This document shows positions 50,215 to 61,314 of a stretch of DNA of 64,000 bases, piece after piece. Within the stretch, counting starts at the first letter, position 1. Each line of letters opens with the position of its first letter. Source of the stretch: a virus; IMG/VR virus record IMGVR_UViG_3300025646_000024, positions 1-64,000 of that record. The stretch is one strand, 5' to 3'. The notes beneath the pieces are model-generated. The model was not told the DNA's origin. It made no database searches and saw only the letters and a program-made list of their open reading frames with translations. The position numbers and the translations under genes are program-made.

Positions 50215-50753
50215 ATGGCAGCTGTAAAGAACTTGTATGTTGATCAAGGATCTGATTTTAATGCTGAAATAACATTATATGATTATTTTAATCAACCTTG
50301 GAATTTAGCTTCTTATACAAGTGTAAATGCAAAGATAAAAAAATCTTATTACAGTACAAATTCTGTAAATTTTACAGCAACTTTTGTAAGTGATCGAACA
50401 AGTGGATCTATATTATTGACTTTATCTTCTTCTCAAACATCTTCTTTAGAACAAGGAAGATACCTGTATGATGTAGTAATTACTCATTTGGATGGCACAA
50501 AAACCAGAGTAATAGAGGGAATTGTTACTATTAATCCTGGAGTAACATGAAAACAAATGTAAGAGTCTCAAATCAACCTCAAGTAATAACTGTTGCAACA
50601 AACTTTGCAGCTAAAATTTCATCTGCAGTTGATGTTGACATGACAAATGCATCAACAGGGGCTCTATTACAATATGATGATACAACCAAAACTTGGTATG
50701 CAAGAACTATTATAGAAGAAAGTGGTTTAATTATAAATTGCGGAAACTACTAA
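50215..50753 (+). CDS. Two small virion-associated proteins (50215-50550, 50547-50753)
   Basis: NL.VDQGSDF...GRYLYDV...TRVIEG.V...PGVT pattern; second has GALLQYD...W and a C-terminal NCGNY. Confidence 0.7.
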
Positions 50754-50771
50754 CTATTAGGAAGTAAAAAA

Positions 50772-52523
50772 ATGGCAACAATTATTAAAATTAAAAGATC
50801 TTCTGGAACTAGTCAACCAAACCTTGGTCAAGGTGAATTAGGTTATTCCTGGGGTGCTGGAACTTACACAGACGCACAAAATGCCACAGTATCATCTTAT
50901 GGTAAGATGTACTTGGGTACTGGTACTGAAACTAGTGGAATTGCGGCAAACATAGAAGTTATTGGTGGTAAGTATTTCACCGATATGCTTGACCATGGAC
51001 ATGGTATATTAACAGCAAACTCAGCAGTTATTGTTGATTCTGCGAGTAAAATTAATGTTTGGAATGTAGATAATTTAAGCCTAGATGCAAATACAATTTC
51101 ATCTACTGATACAGATGGAGACATTGTAATTGACCCAAATGGTACTGGGGAAATTGTTGTTCCAGATGATACATATTTAACTTTTGGTACAAGTAAGGAT
51201 ACTAAAATTAAATATGACGAAGCTACTGACGATAGACTAGAAGTAACTGGTGCTGATTGGAATTTTGCATCTGGTGTTGCAATCAGTGTTAGTGATAGTA
51301 CTGCATCCACAGATACAACTTCTGGAGCTTTTGTTGTATCTGGTGGAGTTGGTATTGGAGGAAATCTAAATGTAGGTGGTTCCTTAAATTCTGGATCTTT
51401 AACTGTAATTGATTTTACAGCTTCTGGAGATTTAACAGTTCAAGGTGGAGATATTAATGTAATTGCAACCGCAACAAATATTAATATTAAAGATAATACT
51501 CCTAGTGCTCTTGCAATTAAAGAAGGTACTAATGAATATATTAAAATTGACACTACAGATGGTTTTGAATTAATTACATTAGGAACTTCAAATGTTGTTA
51601 TTTCTAATGATTTGTCAGTTAATGGTGGAGATCTTACAACAAATCAAACTACATTTAATCTATTAAATGCAACTGCTACTACAGTAAATGCATTTGGTGC
51701 TGCAACCACTATTAACATTGGTACTTCTGCAACTACTACAGACTTTGGTGATTTAAAAATTAATGGATCTACTATTTTTGGAGATGAAAATGGTCAAACT
51801 ATTACCCTTGATCCTTATCCTGCTGGTGGAGACGCTGGTGGTGATGTCGTTGTCAGGGGTAACTTTAAGGTAACTGGTACTACAACTACGGTAAATTCTA
51901 CCGTAATGACAGTAAATGATCCAATCTTTACCTTAGGTGATGCTATCAGTGAAAAGGTACTAAAAAATTCTGCATCTAATGGTGCAACTACACTAACACT
52001 TGATAATACAACAGGTTTAAACACTGGCGATATTATCACTGGAGATGCAAATATTCCTGCAAATACTACAATTACAGTAGATAATGCAACACAAGTAACA
52101 TTAAGTGCTGCATTGACAGGTGGGATTGCAGCTGGAACTACTCTGACCTTCACTCAAGGTGCAGATGATAACATGGATCGTGGTATTGAATACAGATACT
52201 ACAACGGAAGCCTTAAGACTGGATTCTTTGGTTATGATGAATCTGGAATCTCTGAGGATGTAACCACATATTATTTCACATATATTCCAGATGCAACAAA
52301 TAGTGGAAACGTATTTACTGGAACAAGAGGTAGTGCATACTTCAAGACTGTAAAGCTTGATGATGGTGTTCTAAATGGTGTTGCATTCTTTGATCAGTAT
52401 AAGAGACTAACTAGAACAGTAGCAGCAGGAACTTCTGATGCAACTACTTCTAATCAAATTTTAACTGTAGATGGATCTGGAGTTCCTGTTTGGACTACAA
52501 CTCTTGACGGTGGAACCTACTGA
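50772..52523 (+). CDS. Tail fibre-like structural protein
   Basis: MATIIKIKRS..GEL.Y, GAFVVSGGVGIGGNLNVGG, GN..V.GTTTTVNS, C-terminal DGGTY. Confidence 0.75.
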   Translation: MATIIKIKRSSGTSQPNLGQGELGYSWGAGTYTDAQNATVSSYGKMYLGTGTETSGIAANIEVIGGKYFTDMLDHGHGILTANSAVIVDSASKINVWNVDNLSLDANTISSTDTDGDIVIDPNGTGEIVVPDDTYLTFGTSKDTKIKYDEATDDRLEVTGADWNFASGVAISVSDSTASTDTTSGAFVVSGGVGIGGNLNVGGSLNSGSLTVIDFTASGDLTVQGGDINVIATATNINIKDNTPSALAIKEGTNEYIKIDTTDGFELITLGTSNVVISNDLSVNGGDLTTNQTTFNLLNATATTVNAFGAATTINIGTSATTTDFGDLKINGSTIFGDENGQTITLDPYPAGGDAGGDVVVRGNFKVTGTTTTVNSTVMTVNDPIFTLGDAISEKVLKNSASNGATTLTLDNTTGLNTGDIITGDANIPANTTITVDNATQVTLSAALTGGIAAGTTLTFTQGADDNMDRGIEYRYYNGSLKTGFFGYDESGISEDVTTYYFTYIPDATNSGNVFTGTRGSAYFKTVKLDDGVLNGVAFFDQYKRLTRTVAAGTSDATTSNQILTVDGSGVPVWTTTLDGGTY

Positions 52524-52549
52524 TAAATAATTAAAACCATGAGGTAATT

Positions 52550-52765
52550 ATGAATCCAGATGAAGTAAACAATTTGTTGTCAGTCATGCAAAAGAAAATA
52601 AATGATCTGACATCTCAAAATATTATGCTTGAAGCTAAGGTAATTTACCTTAATAATATTGTAACTTCACTGCAAAAACAAGTTCCTGTGTCTGATGGAG
52701 GATCTTTCGGTGAATCTTCTGACACAGAAACTAAAGAACCAGTAAAATCTAGAAGGTCAGCATAA
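52550..52765 (+). CDS. Small coiled-coil hypothetical protein
   Basis: GAGG RBS, late-type promoter, KINDLTSQNIMLEAK. Confidence 0.7.
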   Translation: MNPDEVNNLLSVMQKKINDLTSQNIMLEAKVIYLNNIVTSLQKQVPVSDGGSFGESSDTETKEPVKSRRSA

Positions 52766-53586
52766 TGGCAAAACCAAGTAGCAGAGTACAATTAAAAGAA
52801 TATTGTCTTCGTAAACTTGGTAAGCCAGTGATTGAAATTAACGTGGACGATGATCAGATTGAAGATCTAATTGATGATACCATTCAACTCTTCAATGAAA
52901 GAGCATATAATGGTATGGAGAGAACGTATTTAAAATATAAACTTAGTCAAGAAGATATTGATAACGGGAAGAAAAGAAACTTCACTACAACTACTACAGA
53001 TACCAACGAATCTGATAATTCTAGAACTTTAAATTTTGAAGAAGGTAGAGGATATTTAACAATACCAGATCACGTTATTGGTGTGCAAGGTATTTTTAAA
53101 GTATCAAATGCTTTTGTCAATAATATGTTTGGTTTTAGATACCAGTTTTTCTTGAATGATTTTTATAACTTTTATTCTTATGATATCATGAATTATTACA
53201 TGGTATTAACTTATCTTGAAACTCTGGATTTTATGTTAGAGGGTAATAAAGATATTAGATATAATAAAGTTCAAAATAGATTGTACATTGATTTAGATTG
53301 GGGTATGCAATCTAAAGATGATTTTATAGTTATTGATTGTTATAGAGCTTTAAATCCAAATGAATTTACAAAATTATATGATGAAATTTGGGTTAAGAAA
53401 TATTTGACTGCATTAATCAAAAAACAATGGGGGCAAAATTTAGGTAAATTTGAAGGAATTCAAATGCCAGGTGGAGTTACATTTAATGGCAGACAATTTT
53501 ATGATGATGCAGTACAAGAAATAGATAAATTAGAAGAAACTTTAATGACAACTTATTCTTTGCCACCACTTGATATGGTAGGATAA
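52765..53586 (+). CDS. gp13: Neck protein gp13
   Basis: LKEYCLRKLG.PVIEINVDDDQ, KKQWGQNL.KF.G..MPGG. Confidence 0.93.
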   Translation: MAKPSSRVQLKEYCLRKLGKPVIEINVDDDQIEDLIDDTIQLFNERAYNGMERTYLKYKLSQEDIDNGKKRNFTTTTTDTNESDNSRTLNFEEGRGYLTIPDHVIGVQGIFKVSNAFVNNMFGFRYQFFLNDFYNFYSYDIMNYYMVLTYLETLDFMLEGNKDIRYNKVQNRLYIDLDWGMQSKDDFIVIDCYRALNPNEFTKLYDEIWVKKYLTALIKKQWGQNLGKFEGIQMPGGVTFNGRQFYDDAVQEIDKLEETLMTTYSLPPLDMVG

Positions 53587-54683
53587 TGAAAAACGTTTAC
53601 TTTTCACATGGAACTTCATCTGAACAGAGACTCTATGAAGATTTAATCATAGAGTCTCTGAAAATATATGGATTTGATGTTTATTATCTTCCAAGAGAAA
53701 TTTCTCAAGATGATAGATTATTTGGAGAAGATCCACTTGCATTGTTTGATGAAAACTACATGATCGAGATGTATGTGTCAAACTATGAGGGTTTCACTGG
53801 AGAAGGAACCCTGTTAACTAGGTTTGGTGTACGAATTGCAGAAGAAGCTACGTTTATTATATCAAAAAGACGTTGGGAAGATTTAATATCATCTTCTAAT
53901 AATTTAATTTCTAGTAAAAGACCTAATGAAGGAGACGTAATTTATTTCCCACTAACAAATCAATTATTTCAAATTAAATTTGTAGAACATAATAAACCAT
54001 TCAGGCAATTAGGACAGATTGCAACTTATCAACTAGTTTGCGAAGTAATGGAAGATTCCAGTGAAAGATTTGAAACTGGAATTGATGAGATTGATAATAT
54101 TAGAAGAGATGAAGGATATTCTATTACGTTTAATTTAACAGAAGGTATAAAACAAATCAATGTTCTTACAAGTGGAACTGGATATACTGCGTCTGGAACT
54201 ACTATTACAATAGGATCTATATATGGTGCATCTGGAGCAACAGCTGCAGCAACAGTCTCCTCGGGAACAATTACTGGAGTAAAAGTTATTGAACCTGGAA
54301 CTGGATATACAACTGTTCCATCAGTTACTATTAATGGTGCTGGAACTGGAGCTACTGCACAAGCAGTGTTAGCTCTCAAAGGAAATTATAAAGTTGGTGA
54401 AATAGTAATTGGTTCTAAAAGTAATGCAAGAGGAAAAGTTATTCGATATGATATTTCAAACAAGGAATTAGAACTTATAGATATAGTAGGAACATTTGTG
54501 GATAATGAACTTCTTGTTGGACAAACAAGTAATGCTCAATGGATCACAAATTCATTTAGTTCTATAGAAAATCAAAATGATGATTTCAATGAAAACAAAT
54601 GGTTTGAAGATCAAGGTAACACACTTGTTGATTGGTCCGAAAGAAATCCATTCGGTGAATATACAAATATGGGAGACTTCTAA
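53586..54683 (+). CDS. gp14: Neck protein gp14
   Basis: EQ.L.EDLIIES.KIYG.DV.YLPR, RPNEGD.IYFP, SE.NPFG. Confidence 0.92.
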   Translation: MKNVYFSHGTSSEQRLYEDLIIESLKIYGFDVYYLPREISQDDRLFGEDPLALFDENYMIEMYVSNYEGFTGEGTLLTRFGVRIAEEATFIISKRRWEDLISSSNNLISSKRPNEGDVIYFPLTNQLFQIKFVEHNKPFRQLGQIATYQLVCEVMEDSSERFETGIDEIDNIRRDEGYSITFNLTEGIKQINVLTSGTGYTASGTTITIGSIYGASGATAAATVSSGTITGVKVIEPGTGYTTVPSVTINGAGTGATAQAVLALKGNYKVGEIVIGSKSNARGKVIRYDISNKELELIDIVGTFVDNELLVGQTSNAQWITNSFSSIENQNDDFNENKWFEDQGNTLVDWSERNPFGEYTNMGDF

Positions 54684-55480
54684 TGTTAGGCACACATTTT
54701 TATAACGAATCTATTCGCAAAACAATTATTGGTTTTGGAACATTATTTAATAACATTGAATTACAACGAAAAGATAAACTTGGTTCTGTTCAACAAACTA
54801 TTAAAGTTCCATTGGCATATGGTCCAATTGAAAAATTTCTTGCAAGGGTTGAAGCTGAACCAGATTTAGATAAGAGACGACCAACTCAAATTCAATTACC
54901 TAGAATTTCATTTGAAATGAAAGGAATTTCATATGATCCATCTAGGAAACTTGGACCAACTCAGGTTTGCAGGACTCCAAAAGACGGAGAAACTGACATA
55001 ACATATTCTCATTATATGCCAGTTCCATATAATTTAGATTTTGAAGTTGCAATTATTAGTAAGAATAATGATGATGCAGTTCAAATTTTAGAACAGATTC
55101 TACCTTTCTTTCAACCATTTTTTTCAGTCACAATTAATATGGTAAGTGAAACAGATGAGAAAAAAGATATTCCAATCTTATTAAATAATGTTTCTATTCA
55201 AGATGATTATGAAGGAGATTTCAAAGTAAGAAGAACAATTATATATACTTTAACTTTTACAGCAAAATCATATATCTACGGTCCAATTACGACTTCAGAT
55301 GTAATTAAGAAAGTTAATGTTGATATTGGAACTGCAATTAATGCAAATCGTTATATTACCTATAGTGCAACGCCAAAAGCACTTGAAGATTTAAATAATG
55401 ATGGACAGATTAATGCAGATGATGATCTACTAGTTGAACCAGAAGATAATTTTGGATTTAATGAAATTTGGACAGAATAA
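54683..55480 (+). CDS. gp15: Tail sheath stabiliser / tail completion protein gp15
   Basis: FGTLFNNI, VPLAYGP..KFL, LPRISFE, QILEQILPFFQP. Confidence 0.93.
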   Translation: MLGTHFYNESIRKTIIGFGTLFNNIELQRKDKLGSVQQTIKVPLAYGPIEKFLARVEAEPDLDKRRPTQIQLPRISFEMKGISYDPSRKLGPTQVCRTPKDGETDITYSHYMPVPYNLDFEVAIISKNNDDAVQILEQILPFFQPFFSVTINMVSETDEKKDIPILLNNVSIQDDYEGDFKVRRTIIYTLTFTAKSYIYGPITTSDVIKKVNVDIGTAINANRYITYSATPKALEDLNNDGQINADDDLLVEPEDNFGFNEIWTE

Positions 55481-55482
55481 TT

Positions 55483-55896
55483 ATGTCATCATACGATAAC
55501 TTAGATGATGTATTCAATATAGTTCCACAAGATTCCGAAAAGGAATTAACTACTGTGGAAGTAGATTCAGATCTAGATCATATTGAAGCAGACTATCAGT
55601 ATAGTAGAAATCAACTATACAAATTAATTCAGAAAGGTCAGCAAGCTATAGATGGTATTATAGATGTAGCCTCAAGTAGTGATCACCCAAGGGCTTATGA
55701 AGTAGCATTTCAAGGGATGAAACATGTCTCTGATATGACTGACAAACTTATTGATCTACAAAAGAAAATGAAAACAATTGAAGGGGATGTTCCACAGAAG
55801 GGACCATCTACTATTAACAATACTATGTTTGTTGGATCTACTGCAGAACTTCAAAAGTTTCTAAAACAATCAAAAATAAATAATATAGAAGAATAG
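55483..55896 (+). CDS. gp16: Terminase small subunit gp16
   Basis: DY.YSR..L, HPRAYEV, FVGSTAELQK.LK; ATG 55483. Confidence 0.92.
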   Translation: MSSYDNLDDVFNIVPQDSEKELTTVEVDSDLDHIEADYQYSRNQLYKLIQKGQQAIDGIIDVASSSDHPRAYEVAFQGMKHVSDMTDKLIDLQKKMKTIEGDVPQKGPSTINNTMFVGSTAELQKFLKQSKINNIEE

Positions 55897-55906
55897 GAGT
55901 ATTTTA

Positions 55907-56458
55907 ATGTCTGTACTTAAAGTCGTGCAAAATATTGCTGCAGTAGCTTGCACTGGTGGTAATGCTGTTCAATCTGCAGCCGTCATTGTTAAAAGTGGAA
56001 TTTATCGTTTCACTGCTGATACAAGTGACGCAATCCATGTTGCTTGGGGTGGCAATCCAACTGCAGTAGATGGAAATGACTTTCATATTCCAAAAGAGAA
56101 TTCTGAGATTGTGAAGTGTGCAACTCCCAAAAAAGTAAGAATTACTTCAATCACTAAAGGAGCAACAAATACTGTAATGAATATTCCACTTGATACTGGT
56201 ACTCCTGGACATCCTTTTGCAGTTGGTGATTATGTAACTCTCACTGGATCTTCCGTTGCTGCATATAATACTGGAATTGCACACTTAGCAGTTACAGCAG
56301 TTACCGATACTTCAATTACAGTTGCACTAGATTCATCTGAATATGCTGCATTCACTGGAACTGCAACTCTTTCTAATTCAATCAAGTTTTCTGTAAAGCC
56401 TGATGGAAATGGTGCTGCTACAGGACACATCACTGAAGTACAGATTGTAGGTGGATAA
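55907..56458 (+). CDS. Hypothetical late protein, probably virion-associated
   Basis: Late-type promoter 55875, GGAG RBS, beta-rich composition, C-terminal EVQIVG. Confidence 0.65.
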   Translation: MSVLKVVQNIAAVACTGGNAVQSAAVIVKSGIYRFTADTSDAIHVAWGGNPTAVDGNDFHIPKENSEIVKCATPKKVRITSITKGATNTVMNIPLDTGTPGHPFAVGDYVTLTGSSVAAYNTGIAHLAVTAVTDTSITVALDSSEYAAFTGTATLSNSIKFSVKPDGNGAATGHITEVQIVGG

Positions 56459-57513
56459 TGGCACAAAAAAGAGTTCCTACTGAAAAAGAGATTGCCAAAA
56501 AACATGGCGTATCTGTAGATTATGTTACACGACAAGCTGAGATAGGCTCTACAGTAGAAAGAGAGCATGTCACCAAGCATGACGAAGCCTACAATATTGC
56601 ACTTCAGCATATAGCAGAATTTCCAGATTACTACAAGCATTTACTCAAAATGGAAAAGAAACTCAAGGGAGAATGGAAAAATGGAAAAAAAGCCGTTAAA
56701 GAAGAAAAAGAAGAGACTCGTTATTGCCATCTTTGCGAAAAGCCAGAAAAAAAATCTGAATGTTCTTATGGACCTAGTGCATGGGAAATGAACACTAGTC
56801 TTTTGAACATGCAAGAAGATCATAAAGAAATTGCATCTGGAAAGATGAAAGATCATGAAGGTTACATGGCAAAACTTGAATTGGATCAAATGGAAAGATC
56901 TATTGCCATGCTTCGCAAAGTTATTCGCAAATCAAATCAACAACTTCCAGCTTGGGTGCAATCTAAAATTACCAGAGCTGCTGATTTTGTAGATACTGCT
57001 GCAGAATATCTTTCATCTGATGAAAAATTAAGTGAACAAAAATCATTTTCACAGTTTGTGAGAGAGGCTAGTTTTGAAATTGATCCCGAACATAATAGAT
57101 TCAAAAAACAAAAAAAGATTAGAGATCTTGCAGTTAGAACCAACAATCGTGGAGAAAGGACAGCTGCAGAAAGAAAAATAACAGGACCAGCTTATCAAAA
57201 ACCAAAACCACAAAAAACTGTGTATATTCAACGAAGCGGTCAATTAAATACTGAGGGGGCTGCATGGCAACGTAAAGAAGGTAAAAATCCCACAGGAGGA
57301 CTAAATGCTGCAGGTAGAGCTTCTGCTAAAAAACAAGGAATGAATTTGAAACCTCCAGTTACTAAACCACCTTCAGAATTAAATCCAGATTCAGAAGCAG
57401 CTAAAAGAAGAAATTCATTCTGTGCAAGAATGGGAGGAAATCCTGGACCAATGAAAGACGAAAAAGGTAGACCAACAAGAAAAGCATTAGCTTTGCGTAA
57501 ATGGAATTGTTAA
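56458..57513 (+). CDS. Multi-segment basic late protein with internal capsid-targeting-like motif
   Basis: G..VE.EH....A..IALQH..E.PDYY, AWVQSKIT, QKSFSQFVREA, AWQRKEGKNP.GGLN...SFCARM...LRKWNC segments. Confidence 0.65.
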   Translation: MAQKRVPTEKEIAKKHGVSVDYVTRQAEIGSTVEREHVTKHDEAYNIALQHIAEFPDYYKHLLKMEKKLKGEWKNGKKAVKEEKEETRYCHLCEKPEKKSECSYGPSAWEMNTSLLNMQEDHKEIASGKMKDHEGYMAKLELDQMERSIAMLRKVIRKSNQQLPAWVQSKITRAADFVDTAAEYLSSDEKLSEQKSFSQFVREASFEIDPEHNRFKKQKKIRDLAVRTNNRGERTAAERKITGPAYQKPKPQKTVYIQRSGQLNTEGAAWQRKEGKNPTGGLNAAGRASAKKQGMNLKPPVTKPPSELNPDSEAAKRRNSFCARMGGNPGPMKDEKGRPTRKALALRKWNC

Positions 57514-57528
57514 TTTAAATTAAACATT

Positions 57529-59205
57529 ATGAGTGAAAGATCTAGTTATAAAGGTAATCCTAATTTAAAACCTTCTAACGTACAAATACAATTTACTTCT
57601 GAGCAATTAGAAGAGTATTTAAAGTGTCAAGAAGATCCAATTTATTTTGCGAAAAAATATATTAAAATTGTTTCTCTTGATGAAGGTCTAGTGCCTTTTA
57701 AGATGTGGGACTTCCAGGAAAAGTTGATTGATAATTTTCACAAGCATAGATTCAATATTGCAAAGCTTCCTAGGCAAACTGGTAAGTCAACAACTGTTGT
57801 CTCTTACCTACTTCATTATGCTCTTTTTAATCCCAACGTAAAAATAGCGATTCTTGCAAACAAAGCGGAGACCTCAAGGGAACTTCTATCCAGATTGCAG
57901 TTATCATACGAAAACCTACCTAAATGGCTACAGCAGGGAGTGGGTTCTTGGAACCGTGGCTCGCTTGAACTAGAAAACGGATCGAAGATTATTGCAGCAT
58001 CTACTTCCTCATCTGCAGTCCGAGGTAACTCTTTTAACATCATCTTCCTTGACGAGTTTGCGTTCATTCCAAACCATATTGCAGAACAGTTCTTCAGTTC
58101 TGTATACCCAACTATTTCGTCTGGTAAGACAACCAAAGTTATTATCATTTCCACTCCAAATGGAATGAACATGTTCTACAAGTTCTGGCATGATGCAGAA
58201 CGAGGAAAGAACAGTTATACCCCACTTGAAGTTAACTGGTGGGATGTTCCAGGTAGAGACCAAAAGTGGAAAGAAGAAACTATTGCAAACACTTCTCAGA
58301 GGCAGTTTGAGCAGGAGTTTGAATGCACATTCTTAGGATCTGTTGATACTCTCATCAATCCAAATAAATTACGTTCAATGGTTTATGAGGACCCACTAAA
58401 ACGAAGTGGGGGACTAGATATCTATGAAGAGGTTATTGAAGGCCATGATTATGTAATGACTGTTGATGTTGCACGAGGAGTTGGAAATGATTACTCTGCA
58501 TTTGCTGTTGTAGATGTTACTACAATTCCATATAAATTAGTAGCAAAATATAAAAATAACGAAATTAAACCAATTCTGTTCCCTAATATTATTGATACAG
58601 TAGGACGTAATTATAATAACGCCAACGTATTAGTAGAAGTTAATGATATTGGTGGACAGGTAGCTGACATTCTTCAGTTTGATTTAGAGTATGACAACTT
58701 GCTCATGTGTGCAATGAAAGGTCGTGCAGGTCAGATTGTAGGCACTGGATTTTCAAATAAAGCACAGCTAGGTGTAAAAATGACCAAAGCTGTGAAAAAA
58801 TATGGTTGTGCTAATTTAAAAGCATTGATTGAAGATGATAAGTTATTAGTTCCAGACTATGATATTATTAGTGAATTGACAACGTTTATCCAAAAAAGTG
58901 ATACCTTCAATGCAGAAGAAGGTTGCAATGATGACCTTGCGATGTGCCTTGTAATTTTCTCTTGGTTATCCACTCAACCTTACTTTAGGGAGCTTACTTC
59001 AAATGACGTTAGGAAAAGAATTTTTGAAGATCAAAGAGAGGCTATCGAGCAGGATATGGCTCCATTTGGTTTTATATTGGATGGCTTGACTGATGATGAG
59101 ACTACATTTGTAGATACTAAAGGAGACTATTGGGTGTCTGCAACAGATAGCAAATGGAATGTTGATGAATATGGTGACATGGCGTACATGTGGGAGTATA
59201 AGTGA
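57529..59205 (+). CDS. gp17: Terminase large subunit gp17
   Basis: YKGNPNLK, PRQTGKST, LDEFAF, STPNG, DVARG, DDLAM. Confidence 0.97.
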   Translation: MSERSSYKGNPNLKPSNVQIQFTSEQLEEYLKCQEDPIYFAKKYIKIVSLDEGLVPFKMWDFQEKLIDNFHKHRFNIAKLPRQTGKSTTVVSYLLHYALFNPNVKIAILANKAETSRELLSRLQLSYENLPKWLQQGVGSWNRGSLELENGSKIIAASTSSSAVRGNSFNIIFLDEFAFIPNHIAEQFFSSVYPTISSGKTTKVIIISTPNGMNMFYKFWHDAERGKNSYTPLEVNWWDVPGRDQKWKEETIANTSQRQFEQEFECTFLGSVDTLINPNKLRSMVYEDPLKRSGGLDIYEEVIEGHDYVMTVDVARGVGNDYSAFAVVDVTTIPYKLVAKYKNNEIKPILFPNIIDTVGRNYNNANVLVEVNDIGGQVADILQFDLEYDNLLMCAMKGRAGQIVGTGFSNKAQLGVKMTKAVKKYGCANLKALIEDDKLLVPDYDIISELTTFIQKSDTFNAEEGCNDDLAMCLVIFSWLSTQPYFRELTSNDVRKRIFEDQREAIEQDMAPFGFILDGLTDDETTFVDTKGDYWVSATDSKWNVDEYGDMAYMWEYK

Positions 59206-59266
59206 CCTCAAAATATAAAGATAAATAAATAGTTTTGAGAAAAAAAATCTCATAGAGGTAATAAAC

Positions 59267-61282
59267 ATGGCGTTTGCTTCACCTGGAGTATCTATCAAGG
59301 AAGTTGACTTAACTCCTACAATTAATGTATCTGACCAAAATATTGGAGCAGTTGTAATTGCTGCCGAAACTGGTCCTGTAGATACTGTAACTTTTGTTAC
59401 TAGTGAAAAGGAATTAGTAGACACATTTGGTAAACCAAATGATAATAACTACGAGTCTTGGTTTGCTGCATCAACTATCATTCAGTACGGTGGTATTGCA
59501 GCTGTAGTTAGACCAACAAGTTCAAACATTGTACTAAACTCTTCATCTGATGCTGGATTAGCTAGCTTCATCATCAAGAGCAAGTTTGATTTTGATAACT
59601 ACAGTGGAACCGCATTCAAATTTGCTGGCAGAAGTGCAGGTTCACTATTCAATTCAATTAAAGTAGTTGCAGTTGATCATGGTGCAGATCAAGTAATCAC
59701 TTATACTGGAGCAGATCCTTCAGTAGTTGCTGGAGATGCAATTAGAATTCTAAATGGCGGAACTCTACTTGGCACTGGATGGATCTATAAAGTAGACCCC
59801 ACTGCAAATACACTCCACATTATTCTAAATGATAGTACTAAGAGAATTCCATCCACTGGAACTGCTACATATAGCATCACAGATAATGCTGGAACTCCTG
59901 TAGTTCTAGTTGCAGCTGGAGAAATTGGATCAGTAAATAATACTTACTACGATACTCTTGAGTATGCATCTGGATTAAAGTGGAGAGATGTAGCACCTCA
60001 GCCAGGAACATCTGCGTCAGTAGCCGCTAAAGGCGGCAAGTTTGATGAAATGCACATCCTTGTTATTGATGAAGATGGTAATATTTCTGGCACTCCAAAT
60101 ACAATTCTAGAAAAATATCTATTTGTTTCAAAAGCAAAGGATGCAAGCACTCTAGATGGATCACTAGTGTATTTCTATAGCGCAATCGCAGAAAGATCCA
60201 AGTACATCTTCCCAGGATATTCAACTGAATTAGATTTTATTAGCACTTCAAAAATTACACTAGAAGGAGTAACTAATACATCTATTGGAGAAACAAATAG
60301 TGCAAATAAGGTCTTTTCTCCAATTTTAAACGCAGGCTCTTCAGTTCTAGGTTTCAGTCTAACAGGTGGTACTGACTATGACTTTACTAATGATGCTTCT
60401 GACATCGCAGCAGCAGTAACTAATGGATATGAGCTTCTCAGAGATTCTGAAACATTCAATGACGTAGATTTTCTAATCCCAGGTAGCATCAACCTTGATA
60501 GAGCAGCTAAGCTAATTGACATCGCAGAATCAAGAAGAGATTGTGTAGCAGTAATTTCTCCAAGAAGATCTGATGTAATTAACAGCTCAACCAGTGATGT
60601 TAAAACTGAAAACATTGTAGATTTCTTCAGTGGAATTGCAAGTAGCTCATTTGCAATGTTCGACTCTGGATATAAGTACATCTATGATAAGTTTAATGAC
60701 ACATATCGCTACGTACCTTGTGCTGCTGACGTTGCAGGTCTTTGCATTAATACTACTATTAATTCAGAAACTTGGTTCTCACCAGCAGGTTATAACAGAG
60801 GCAATCTAAGAAACGCAACCAAACTTGCATATTCACCAAAACAATCAGAAAGAGACAGACTCTATACAAATAGAATCAACCCAATTGTTTCCTTCCCAGG
60901 TCAAGGCATTGTTCTCTTTGGAGATAAGACTGCACTATCTTCTCCTAGTGCTTTCAATAGAATTAATGTTCGCAGACTGTTTATTGAAATTGAAAAGAAC
61001 ATTGCAAGATTCTCTAAATTCCAGCTATTTGAAATTAATGATGAAGTAACCAGAAGTTCATTCAAAGCTGCAGTAGAGCCTTACCTCAGAGGGGTTCAAG
61101 GTAGAAGAGGAATTTATGATTTCCTTGTTGTATGTGACGAAACTAATAATACTTCTGATGTCATTGATAGAAATGAATTTAATGCTGAGATTTATGTTAA
61201 ACCTGCGAGAAGCATTAACTTTATTACCATTACCTTTACTGCTACAAGAACTGGTATTTCCTTTGGCGAACTAACTCAGTAA
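59267..61282 (+). CDS. gp18: Tail sheath protein gp18
   Basis: SPGV..KEVDLT, WFSPAGYNRG, FGDKT, FNRINVRRLF, KPARSINFI. Confidence 0.97.
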   Translation: MAFASPGVSIKEVDLTPTINVSDQNIGAVVIAAETGPVDTVTFVTSEKELVDTFGKPNDNNYESWFAASTIIQYGGIAAVVRPTSSNIVLNSSSDAGLASFIIKSKFDFDNYSGTAFKFAGRSAGSLFNSIKVVAVDHGADQVITYTGADPSVVAGDAIRILNGGTLLGTGWIYKVDPTANTLHIILNDSTKRIPSTGTATYSITDNAGTPVVLVAAGEIGSVNNTYYDTLEYASGLKWRDVAPQPGTSASVAAKGGKFDEMHILVIDEDGNISGTPNTILEKYLFVSKAKDASTLDGSLVYFYSAIAERSKYIFPGYSTELDFISTSKITLEGVTNTSIGETNSANKVFSPILNAGSSVLGFSLTGGTDYDFTNDASDIAAAVTNGYELLRDSETFNDVDFLIPGSINLDRAAKLIDIAESRRDCVAVISPRRSDVINSSTSDVKTENIVDFFSGIASSSFAMFDSGYKYIYDKFNDTYRYVPCAADVAGLCINTTINSETWFSPAGYNRGNLRNATKLAYSPKQSERDRLYTNRINPIVSFPGQGIVLFGDKTALSSPSAFNRINVRRLFIEIEKNIARFSKFQLFEINDEVTRSSFKAAVEPYLRGVQGRRGIYDFLVVCDETNNTSDVIDRNEFNAEIYVKPARSINFITITFTATRTGISFGELTQ

Positions 61283-61314
61283 TTAATTTTTTGTAAACCA
61301 TCTAGGAGAACACA

